Source: Candidatus Micrarchaeia archaeon (GTDB lineage Archaea > Micrarchaeota > Micrarchaeia > Anstonellales > J096). From it: a DNA stretch of 29,882 nt. A model generated the notes under the pieces. The model saw only the letters and a list, made by a program, of their open reading frames with translations, was not told the DNA's origin and made no database searches. A program made the position numbers and the translations under genes. The stretch covers positions 1-29,882 of the forward strand of contig JBGQMY010000016.1 of NCBI GenBank assembly GCA_041500865.1, read 5' to 3'. Below are positions 18,155 through 26,800 of this stretch, in pieces. The stretch's first letter is position 1; each line of letters opens with the position of its first letter.

Positions 18155-19463
18155 AGAGGAAAAACTCGCCTCCCAGCAGTACGGCCAGGGCCCTTATGCC
18201 GCCCACGACCGTCAGCGCCACGCTTGCCATGAGCAGGACGTGCGTCATGTTGATTATGGTCCCGAATATGGCAGCGTCGTATTCAAGGTTTATGGCGGCG
18301 TCCATCCCGCCTCCGCTGAGGAAATAATTGTCAATGGTGGCTACGAATATCTGGTGGCCTGCGAATATGACGGTCGTCGCCACATAGCTTATTATCATGT
18401 TGGCTATCAGGAACACCACCTTCAGTATGCCCCCCATCGCCTGGCCTATGCCGAAAACCGCAACAAGCACCGCGGCTACATCCGCGCCGGCGCCCTTGAC
18501 TGCGGTATTGGAGAATTCAAGTATGTCGCCGACTACAGTGTATGATATCGCGAAGCTGCGCAGCATTGCCGCATCTGTCGACAGGGTGCCGGCCAGTGCG
18601 CTCTGCTCAGGGTTGAACCCGTTCCCGAACATGGTGTTGACGGCCGCCTGCTGTATGCCGAACATTATGCTGCCCATGAAGAACAGCGAGGCAGGGTATA
18701 TCAGGACGAGCGCTATGCCTATCGCGACGAGCGTGGAGCCGGCCCTCCTCACGTACGGTATCGCCCTCAGGAAAAACCCGAAAGGCAAGAGCAGCTGGCA
18801 CGATGCCAGCACAAAATACCTCATGAGGTTTGCCATCATCGCCTGCTGGCCGCATATGGACACTATCGTGATTGTCGCCTGGTCCAGCGCATCCCCCAGC
18901 CGCTCCAGTATCGGCAGCGTTGCCGTCCTCCCAAAATTTGTCGTGATCTTTATGCCCCAGGGAAGGTCTATGTATCCGGATATTGAGGACGAGCTTCCCT
19001 GCAGCTGCAGCGCGTCAGAATATACGCCCACCATCTGCCTTGCCTCTGGCATCAGGTAGTCTATGTTCCCCTTGTACATGCTTGTTGTGGCGTTGACCAT
19101 GTCGCCGTTCGGGTCCAGCGCAAGCACCTGGAAGAACTTGTCTATGGAAACTATCGCGCCGATGACGAACGCGAAGATGAAGACGTTGATTATTGTCGCC
19201 CTTATCTCGTTTATGGCCCCGGCCTTGTTCTTTTCGTCGTTCATCACCGTTGAGACATAATACGAAAGGACCGCTATCGCGGCCCCGATGGCCGTCCCCA
19301 GCCCCACAACAATGCCCATGCTTGTCAAGCTGCAGGCAAGGTCGCTGCTTATTGTCCAGGCTTGGCCTGCGGTTGGCGCAGGGCAAGCATTGGCCGGTCC
19401 TGCGGCAAATGGGCATGCAACCAAAAGCAGTATGGCTAGCACTGGAAACCTGATTGCGCCCAT
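18132..19463 (-). CDS. CedA/VirB6-like multi-pass membrane protein, paralog 1 of 6 (first gene of the operon)
   Basis: 443 aa; signal-like N-terminus; YYVSTVMNDEKNKAGAINEIRAT, GFFLRAIPYVRRAGSTLVAIGIALVLIYP and C-terminal IRALAVLLGGE. Confidence 0.78.
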   Translation of the reverse strand: MGAIRFPVLAILLLVACPFAAGPANACPAPTAGQAWTISSDLACSLTSMGIVVGLGTAIGAAIAVLSYYVSTVMNDEKNKAGAINEIRATIINVFIFAFVIGAIVSIDKFFQVLALDPNGDMVNATTSMYKGNIDYLMPEARQMVGVYSDALQLQGSSSSISGYIDLPWGIKITTNFGRTATLPILERLGDALDQATITIVSICGQQAMMANLMRYFVLASCQLLLPFGFFLRAIPYVRRAGSTLVAIGIALVLIYPASLFFMGSIMFGIQQAAVNTMFGNGFNPEQSALAGTLSTDAAMLRSFAISYTVVGDILEFSNTAVKGAGADVAAVLVAVFGIGQAMGGILKVVFLIANMIISYVATTVIFAGHQIFVATIDNYFLSGGGMDAAINLEYDAAIFGTIINMTHVLLMASVALTVVGGIRALAVLLGGEFFLYGLTEYI

Positions 19464-19486
19464 TGGCTCTTTTTATATTCGTTGCA

Positions 19487-19500
19487 TTTTTATACCTTTG
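19487..19500 (-). promoter_or_regulatory. Putative BRE/TATA promoter of the seven-gene operon
   Basis: Minus strand CAAAGGTATAAAAA ~24-37 nt upstream of ATG 19463. Confidence 0.55.
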
Positions 19501-19554
19501 TCATGTGCACGGAACAAACAAATACATACGCTTTTGCAAACAGAATTAGCCGGT

Positions 19555-21408
19555 TCATCCCAGCACTGCCTTTATCCTGCGTATGCCGGCCGCGCTGCTT
19601 TCCTCCTTCACTATTTTGAACGTCCCAAGCTCTGACGTATTTTTGACATGCGGCCCCATGCAGATTTCCCGGGAGTATTTTCCGATTGAATAGACCGAGA
19701 CGATTTCCGGATATTTTACGCCGAATTCGGCCTGCGCGCCAGCGGCCTTGGCCTTTCCAGCGCCCATCTCCTCCCTTGAGACCAGTATCTTCTCGCTTAT
19801 CCTTGCGTTCACCCAGTCCTCGGCCTTTTTTATCTCCTCTGGCGTGAGCTTCCTGTCGAAGTTGAAGTCGAACCTAAGCCTTTCGGGCGTTATGTTGCTG
19901 CCCCTTTGCCTTATGTCCTTTGAAACAACCTGCCTCAGCGCCTCGTTCAGCAGGTGCGTCGCGGTATGAAGCTTGGCCGTAGCCTCGCTTGCCTCGCTCA
20001 GCCCGCCCTTGAATTTCTGCTCGGCCCCAACCCTTGAAAGCGCCTGGTGCCTTTCATATTCAGCCTTGAATCCGTCGACATCGACATTGATGCCTTTCTC
20101 TTTTGCCATCTCTTTCGTCATCTCTATCGGGAACCCGAAGCTCTGGAAAAGCAGGAACGCGTCCTTGCCGCTTATGTCATTGTTATCATCTAAGGGTAAA
20201 GATATATGCTCTGTTTTCTTTCCACCCTTGAACTTATCGAGATCCACAGTACCTATCAGTTTTACTTTCTCCGTACACATCCTCTCAAACTCTTTTATTC
20301 CATTGACAAGCGTCTTCTGGAACTTGTCCTGCTCTTTTTGCAGTTCCGAGAATATCAGCTCTTTCTTCTGTTCCAGCAGCGGATACTCCCTGCCGTACAT
20401 GCCTATTATCGTTTTGGCGATTTCGACCGTTGCCGTGTTGTTTGCCTGGTCCATGCCAAGCAGCATCAGGTGCCTGACCACCCTCCGTACGTATCTCCTG
20501 AGTATGTATCCCTGGTCCGTGTTGCTTGGCACAATGCCCCTTTCATCGCCTAAGATGAACACAGCGGCCCTCATGTGGTCCGCGATTATCCTGAACTGCC
20601 TTTTGTTGCCCTCGTCCATTCTCTTTCCGGTTATTTCCTCTATCTTCCGCATTATCGGCATGAAAAGCTCTGTCTCGAAGATGTTGGACTTGCCCTGAAG
20701 CACCATCGCCACCCTTTCCACGCCAAGGCCGGTGTCTACATTCCTCTGCCTGAGCGGCCCGTACGTCCCGTCCCTTGCCTTGCTGTACTGCATGAACACA
20801 TCGTTCCAAATCTCGACCCATCTCTTGTCTTTAGGGTCGTATATTTTCGGGGCTTCGCCTTCGCCTGTCCAGCAGAACATCTCGGTATCCGGTCCGCAAG
20901 GCCCGGTCTCGCCTGCAGGCCCCCACCAGTTGTCCTCTTTCGGCAAAAACGCTATCCTTTCCTTCGGCATGCCAATCCGTTGCCAGATTTCCGCTGCCTC
21001 GTTGTCCCTTGGCGCGTCATTGTCGCCTGCGAAGCACGTCACAGCCAGTCTCTCCTTTGGAATCCCGAGCCATTTCTTTCCCGTCAGGAACTCAAAGCTC
21101 CATTCTATCGCGTCTTTCTTGAAGTAGTCGCCAAGGCTCCAGTTGCCCAGCATCTCGAAAAACGTGGTATGCGTGTTGTCCCCGACCTCGTCGATGTCCT
21201 GCGTCCTTAGGCATTTCTGGACGTCGGCCAGCCTTTTTCCGAGCGGATGGGGCTGGCCCATGAGGTACGGCACAAGCGGGTGCATGCCCGCTGTCGTGAA
21301 AAGCACGGTCGGGTCGTTTTCGGGGACTATGGGCGCGGAGCCGATTATCGCATGGCCCTTCTGCCTGAAGAACTCCAGGTATTTTTGTTTCAGCTCGCTG
21401 GCCTTCAT
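19555..21408 (-). CDS. alaS: Alanine--tRNA ligase, short form lacking the C-Ala domain
   Basis: DPTVLFTTAGM, QKCLRT, HTTFFEMLGNWSLGDYFK, GPCGPDTE, EIWNDVFMQY, VDTGLGVER, IIADHMR, GYILRR; editing motifs HTATHLL and EICMGPH; ends AAGIRRIKAVLG at 617 aa. GGTGA RBS at 21413-21417. Confidence 0.97.
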   Translation of the reverse strand: MKASELKQKYLEFFRQKGHAIIGSAPIVPENDPTVLFTTAGMHPLVPYLMGQPHPLGKRLADVQKCLRTQDIDEVGDNTHTTFFEMLGNWSLGDYFKKDAIEWSFEFLTGKKWLGIPKERLAVTCFAGDNDAPRDNEAAEIWQRIGMPKERIAFLPKEDNWWGPAGETGPCGPDTEMFCWTGEGEAPKIYDPKDKRWVEIWNDVFMQYSKARDGTYGPLRQRNVDTGLGVERVAMVLQGKSNIFETELFMPIMRKIEEITGKRMDEGNKRQFRIIADHMRAAVFILGDERGIVPSNTDQGYILRRYVRRVVRHLMLLGMDQANNTATVEIAKTIIGMYGREYPLLEQKKELIFSELQKEQDKFQKTLVNGIKEFERMCTEKVKLIGTVDLDKFKGGKKTEHISLPLDDNNDISGKDAFLLFQSFGFPIEMTKEMAKEKGINVDVDGFKAEYERHQALSRVGAEQKFKGGLSEASEATAKLHTATHLLNEALRQVVSKDIRQRGSNITPERLRFDFNFDRKLTPEEIKKAEDWVNARISEKILVSREEMGAGKAKAAGAQAEFGVKYPEIVSVYSIGKYSREICMGPHVKNTSELGTFKIVKEESSAAGIRRIKAVLG

Positions 21409-21737
21409 AGAATCACCTGCAAGGAGATCCCCCGTTTAAACAATATGATGATTTTTTCACATTGTCTGTTAGAACTGTAAGATTATTAAATATATATATT
21501 GATGATATATCTATTGAAGTGAATCTTGAAAATTCAGCTTGACAAGAGGCTGTCTTTTTAGAGAACGATTGAGATATGCAATAAAGTCTGCAATGACATA
21601 ATCAAAAATCCACCTAATCTTTTTATGTAATATTTGACATGATAAACTTCAACTGTTGTTTTTGTGACATGCTCTGCCTTTAAAAGGCGTGGGATTTCTT
21701 ATTCATCATGCCACAAGTGATTGCTGCCGGGACGCTT

Positions 21738-22358
21738 TCACTGGAGAAGGTTCCTGCATGCCTTCTGGAGAAGGATTAGCAGGTTTATGTTCTCGTTGTC
21801 CAGGTTTTCCTGCCTCTTCATCAAGGCTGCGGAGCCTAGCTCAATCGTGTTCGGGCCAAGCATCAGCGGCTCCCTTGCGTCATTGTCCTCGCGGTTGCCT
21901 GACGTGTAGCCAAGCACGACCGCGGTTTCATTGCCCTGGTTGAATATGGTCACGCGCTCCTTCCCGTTGACGGCTATCGTGCTTATCGGCCTCTTGACCC
22001 CTTTCCTGACTGAAACCGTGCCGTCCGCATCGTTATCATGCCACACCTCGAACAGGGGATTGCCCCAAAGGACCTGGTAGTATTCGGCGTAATTCGCCCT
22101 GTGCGGGATTGTCTTCGTGTAATAAGGGCCTATCTCCTTGTACGGAATCACGAAAATGTCGAAGTTCCTTGAGTTGTACTGTATTGAGGTGACGGAATAT
22201 GCAGGCCTGCTTATGCCTTTTGCCTCGTCAATGTATTTTCCCCAGACGTCGGATATGCTGTAGTGCATTATCTCCTTTACGAGCTTGCCGTCCACGAAGG
22301 CGAAATTGCCCCTTACCTCCAGCCTGGGGCTTTCCAGTATTATCATGGGTTTACTCAT
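21738..22358 (-). CDS. Divergent cupin-type glucose-6-phosphate isomerase-like protein
   Basis: FDIFVIPYKEIGPYYTKTIPHRANYAEYYQVLWGNPLF resembles the cupin PGI motif DITxIPPGxIGxEYxKTxGHxH...ExYxVLxG. TIFNQGNET resembles the second cupin motif. Confidence 0.6.
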   Translation of the reverse strand: MSKPMIILESPRLEVRGNFAFVDGKLVKEIMHYSISDVWGKYIDEAKGISRPAYSVTSIQYNSRNFDIFVIPYKEIGPYYTKTIPHRANYAEYYQVLWGNPLFEVWHDNDADGTVSVRKGVKRPISTIAVNGKERVTIFNQGNETAVVLGYTSGNREDNDAREPLMLGPNTIELGSAALMKRQENLDNENINLLILLQKACRNLLQ

Positions 22359-22731
22359 CCTTGAACTTGACTATGTCCCTGTGCTTTATCTCCTTTTTCA
22401 CTTTTGAAAGGAGCGCAAGCAGCAATAGGCTCGCGGTCTCTCCCTCCTCCTTTATCAGGTTGATGCTCTGCGCCCTTTCCCCAAGCTTTTCCATGAAGTT
22501 GTCAAGCTCCCTGCGGAAGGGCGTATTCTCAAAGCCGGGGTTGGACTTGGAATATTCGCGCGCCAGCTGCTTGACGAAGCCAATCTGCTTCTCTATCTTC
22601 TTGGCCTCCTCGCCGAGCTTCTGGTCGTTGTGCCTAATCCTGTCGAGGACGTCCTCCACTTTCGGCAGCAGCACGCCCCATTCCAGGGACGAGAGCTTTT
22701 CCACCTCTTCTTCTCGGGTTTTTTCCATCAT
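22351..22731 (-). CDS. Small charged helical / coiled-coil hypothetical protein
   Basis: 126 aa, E/K-rich with heptad-like pattern; overlaps the downstream gene by 8 bp; TATA-like TTTTATT at ~22753-22759. Confidence 0.7.
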   Translation of the reverse strand: MMEKTREEEVEKLSSLEWGVLLPKVEDVLDRIRHNDQKLGEEAKKIEKQIGFVKQLAREYSKSNPGFENTPFRRELDNFMEKLGERAQSINLIKEEGETASLLLLALLSKVKKEIKHRDIVKFKDE

Positions 22732-22899
22732 GCTGGAATATGGCGAAAATGGAATAAAAGGTTTTGCTTTTTGCGGCCTGTGCGGCGGCCAAGCTTCATA
22801 TAGCGGACAATGAGGGCCCTTCTTTCAGGATGCCGGACCCAACAGTAATAATATAGGATGCAATGCAGGCATGGCCACAACTTGCCCCTTCTTCTTTTC

Positions 22900-23625
22900 T
22901 CAGAGCTTCTTTTCCTTTTCTATGACCTCATCCAGGATTTCTGAATGTATGTACCTCTTTCCGCCTATCTTTATGAAGGGGATTCTTCCCCTGTCCAGCC
23001 TCCTCTCAAAGGTGTTCTTCCTTATCTTTATGTTGCTGTCGTGCATCTGCTGTATCGCTTCGGCAACGCTGTGGTAGTTCCTGCTCACGTGGATGAGGCT
23101 GTCAATCGCTTCCTTGGGTATGTACCTCCTGAAGCCGACCTTGATGGACGGGATGACCTTCTTCTCTATCCTTCCGACAAATGCCCTCATCTCGACGTCC
23201 GGCTCGTATTTCCTGTACGCGTCGTAGGCCTCCCTTATGTTGTAGAAGTTGCCTTTTGTCGAGAGAAGCTCCTCCAAAAACTGCATCGGTATGTATCTTT
23301 TCTTTCCGAACTTGTATGACGGGACGGTTCCCCTCTCGACCCTTCCGCCAAAGGCCCTGAACATGATGTCGTATCCCCTTGACTTTAGATAGGAATAGGC
23401 TTCCTTTATCGGGAGCAGCCCCATGGACTTGAACTCGCTGCTCTTGGTTCCGGCCTGCCTGTACGCCTTGTCGGCCTCCTTGGCTATCTTGCCCACAGAA
23501 GACATGATTGACGCAAGCTTGTTCGCCTTTTCGTTGTACATCCTCTCGGAGTCAAGGTTGTTGTACCGTTCAACCCATTCATCGGAAATGACCTTGTCAA
23601 TGACGATAGCCTTGCGCCTTCCCAT
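22900..23625 (-). CDS. DNA-binding protein with three tandem Xis/HTH_17 (MerR-like winged-helix) domains
   Basis: Three ~58-aa repeats: LLPIKEAY...RVERGTVPSYKFGKKRYIP, FYNIREAY...RIEKKVIPSIKVGFRRYIP, YHSVAEAI...RLDRGRIPFIKIGGKRYIH. Start moved to ATG 23625 (AGGTGA 4 nt upstream) from ORF-track 23688. Confidence 0.85.
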   Translation of the reverse strand: MGRRKAIVIDKVISDEWVERYNNLDSERMYNEKANKLASIMSSVGKIAKEADKAYRQAGTKSSEFKSMGLLPIKEAYSYLKSRGYDIMFRAFGGRVERGTVPSYKFGKKRYIPMQFLEELLSTKGNFYNIREAYDAYRKYEPDVEMRAFVGRIEKKVIPSIKVGFRRYIPKEAIDSLIHVSRNYHSVAEAIQQMHDSNIKIRKNTFERRLDRGRIPFIKIGGKRYIHSEILDEVIEKEKKL

Positions 23626-23849
23626 GGTTTCACCTTTAAATTTATGACTGATATATATTATCCTCCTCTTGTTTATAAATGTTTCCATAATCTCTTGCTA
23701 TAACCAACAGTTATAATTAGTGTTCCTTTTTGAATGTTTCTATTTTGCGCCGGTTTTTTCTCTACGCGTTCGGCAAACCGCGCAGCTTTGCGAAGCCGGC
23801 CGTGCCAAGGTCCGGATTCCGGTCTTCTTTGCCCGTCATTTATGTTAGC

Positions 23850-23857
23850 TTTTTAAA
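23850..23857 (+). promoter_or_regulatory. Putative TATA box of the giant surface protein gene
   Basis: TTTTTAAA ~32-39 nt upstream of ATG 23889. Confidence 0.5.
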
Positions 23858-23888
23858 CAAGACGCAACAAAAACCAATTGGATTGCCC

Positions 23889-26800
23889 ATGCAAAGACCA
23901 CATGAGTTTATGTATATGGGAATAATAGCCCTGCTCGTGTTGCTTAGCGCATTTTCCGTCATGAACCAGGGCACCGGCTTCACAGTTTCGGACATCGTTG
24001 ACAACTCTTCGCTGGAGGGCGCGACTGCCAACCAAACCTACAACGAAACGCCAATTTTTAACGAAACGTCGCCCAGCGGGGAAAACGCCTCTATAATAGA
24101 GCAAAATGGGACAGAAGGGGCTTCAGGGGACGGAACCTCCGGGGCTTCAGCGAATGGAAGCGCGGAAAACGGAACAATTTCGGAAAACGCAACGAACACA
24201 ACTGAAAGCGAATCCCTGGAAACCGGCAACGCATCACTGAATGAAAGCGCAGGGAACGAAACAGTCCCCGAGAACTTAACAGACACCACCAGCGAAAACG
24301 AATCCTCAACATCCGAGAACGGCACAGTCCCCGTTCAGAATGAAACCCCGCCTTCGCAGGAAAACGTTTCAGGCAACGCCAACGAGACGGTTTCTCCGCC
24401 AGGAAACGAGACCGCGCCCCCAGTGCAGCCACCGCCTGCCAAAAACAACAGCATAATGAGCGGCACATATTCATTGAATTCAATAACCGTGGTCTCCCCT
24501 GCAGACAATGCGCTTGTGAATGCCACCGCGCAGAATTTTGCATTCATTGCAGTGAGCGGCAGCGATTCGTCCTTCCCGTGCACGCTGCTTGTCGACGGCT
24601 CCCCGCGCGGCTCCAACGCCAGCGTGGACAACAATACCCAGGCGTCAATAACGGCAAGCCCTGAACTTGCGGAAGGAAATTACGTTTGGCGCATAAACTG
24701 CACCGATTCAACAGGCAGCATGGAAAGCGCATTATATAATGTCAGCGTCGACACGACTGCGCCGGAAATCCAGTTTGTGCCTCCTACGGAATCTTCGGGC
24801 TCCTACATAAACAGGAACTATGCCGCGGTCAACGTATCCGTAAGCGACACTAACCTAAACGGCTTTGTCCTTTATTTCTATCTACCGAACGGCTCGGTGC
24901 TCACGAGCAGCAGCGGCTTCTCACTGTGCTACCAGGAATTCGCCAACCAGTCAACGCCATGCGGTGGCGTAGCCAATGGCAATGCCTACCAGGACATGGG
25001 GGCATGGAATGACGGCAACTGGGCTACGGATTCAGGAGAGGCCAACGAGTGGTTCAACTATACAGTGCCGGCTGGGGCGCTGAACGCAACGCTGAGAATA
25101 GCGCCAATAAAGGACAGCAGCGGCAACGCCGTGGAATTCAATTATTCGGTTCCGGGCGATTGCCTGGCAACAGGCTTTGCGTATTTCACGCTCAACTATA
25201 TTGACGTGTGCACAAAGCCGATGAATCTCTTTTACACCATTTCCTGCATGAATTCGCCCTCAGGAAACATGGAAACATTCGTCAACCATACATATTCCAC
25301 GACGTGCTCAAGAACATTCCCCCATGCCCATGCCGCGTTCTTCGAGGAAGCGATGCTCTGGGCCATGAGCGGCGGCGCAAACGCCTCCTTTGCGAACTTC
25401 ACCGGCCTTTCCGACGGGCTGTACAGGTTCAATGCAACTGCCTCGGACTCGGCAGGCAACTTCAACAAGACGGAGACAAGGAACGTGACCATAGACACAG
25501 TGGCGCCGGCGGTCTACTTCATCCCAGCGACTCCGAATTCGTCAACCGTCACCGGCAGCACGACCCTCAGGGTAAATGTCTCGGCTTCGGATTCCGCGTT
25601 TTCCAACATAACAGTTTTCCTGTATTCAGGGATTGGCGCCCTGCTCAACACGAGCACAGGCACGTCTTCCAATTACACCGCGGTCTTCTCCGGCCTGGGC
25701 AGCGACACATACTACTTCAACGCAACGGCCTACGACAGGGCGGGAAACCACAATTCCACGGAAACGAGGAACATAACCATAAACGGCGCGGGCCCGTCGA
25801 TAACAGCGTTCGCCTCAAGCCCATACAATGGGATGATACCCTTCAACGCCACGCTCACGTGCAACTTCAGCGACGCCAACCCAAGCAATGCCACAATCTA
25901 CCTGGACGGCGCCGCGCTGCAGATGTACAACAGCTCGGCGACCTCATGGCATGCAAACGCGACAATCGCTGAAAAGGGCGTGCATCAGGCATACTGCATC
26001 GCCTACAACACGCTGGACCAGTCCACGCGCTCGCCCAACATAACCATAAACGCGTCCAACTTCTCCGCGTCCTTCTCAAGGGACTTTGACGACGTCATGA
26101 TAGGCCCGTCAATGCCGGCAGACGCCAACTACAGCTCCAACTTCACCGTAACGGTTTCGGTCAACGCGAGCGGAAACGCGAGCAACGTCTTTGCTACGGT
26201 GACGTACGCGATACCGGACGGCCCCAACATAACAAGCGTAGGCGTGGCAAACGCAACCGGCCAGCAGGCCGCATTCTCGAACTACACGTCTTCCGGGACG
26301 CATTACGTCGTTTTCAACACCTCGGCGTTCAACGGCTCTGCCAGCCTTGCGTATTACATCAGGTACAGCGAGCCCATGTTCAATGCCAGATACAATACAG
26401 ATGGCATTTACAGGCTGCTCAACATCTCGCGCGGCTTCAATGCCTCATCACCGGCAATATACGTCAATGTCTCAATAAATCCAGTCGGCTCATGGAACCC
26501 GTCGTCATCAAGGGCCGTGCTTGAAATATTGCAGGGCTCAAACTGGACCGATGTAGGCAACTTCTGCCCGCTGCAGAACTACTCTTCATACGGCATATTC
26601 AGCGTGATAACGGATGGCATTGTTTCGGGAAACAAGACAAGGCTGAACTTCAGCTACGACCTCAGCCAGGCGCAAAGCTTCGCATTCAGGATAAGCACTG
26701 CCGACGTTGCGGAGAACGCCTCATGCAACGTCTCAACGAACGAATCGGCCAATGTCACGCCTTCTTTCGTGAGCTTCGTCCCTCCGACGCCTGACAACGG

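Noticed and set aside
5754..21480. Many + strand ORFs (e.g. 12643-13566, 13179-14093, 19973-20698)
   Set aside because: Antisense shadows of well-supported minus-strand genes; no motifs or expression signals.
22900..23625. Provirus excisionase marking an integrated virus
   Set aside because: No integrase, capsid, terminase or replication genes nearby; the flanking genes look chromosomal.
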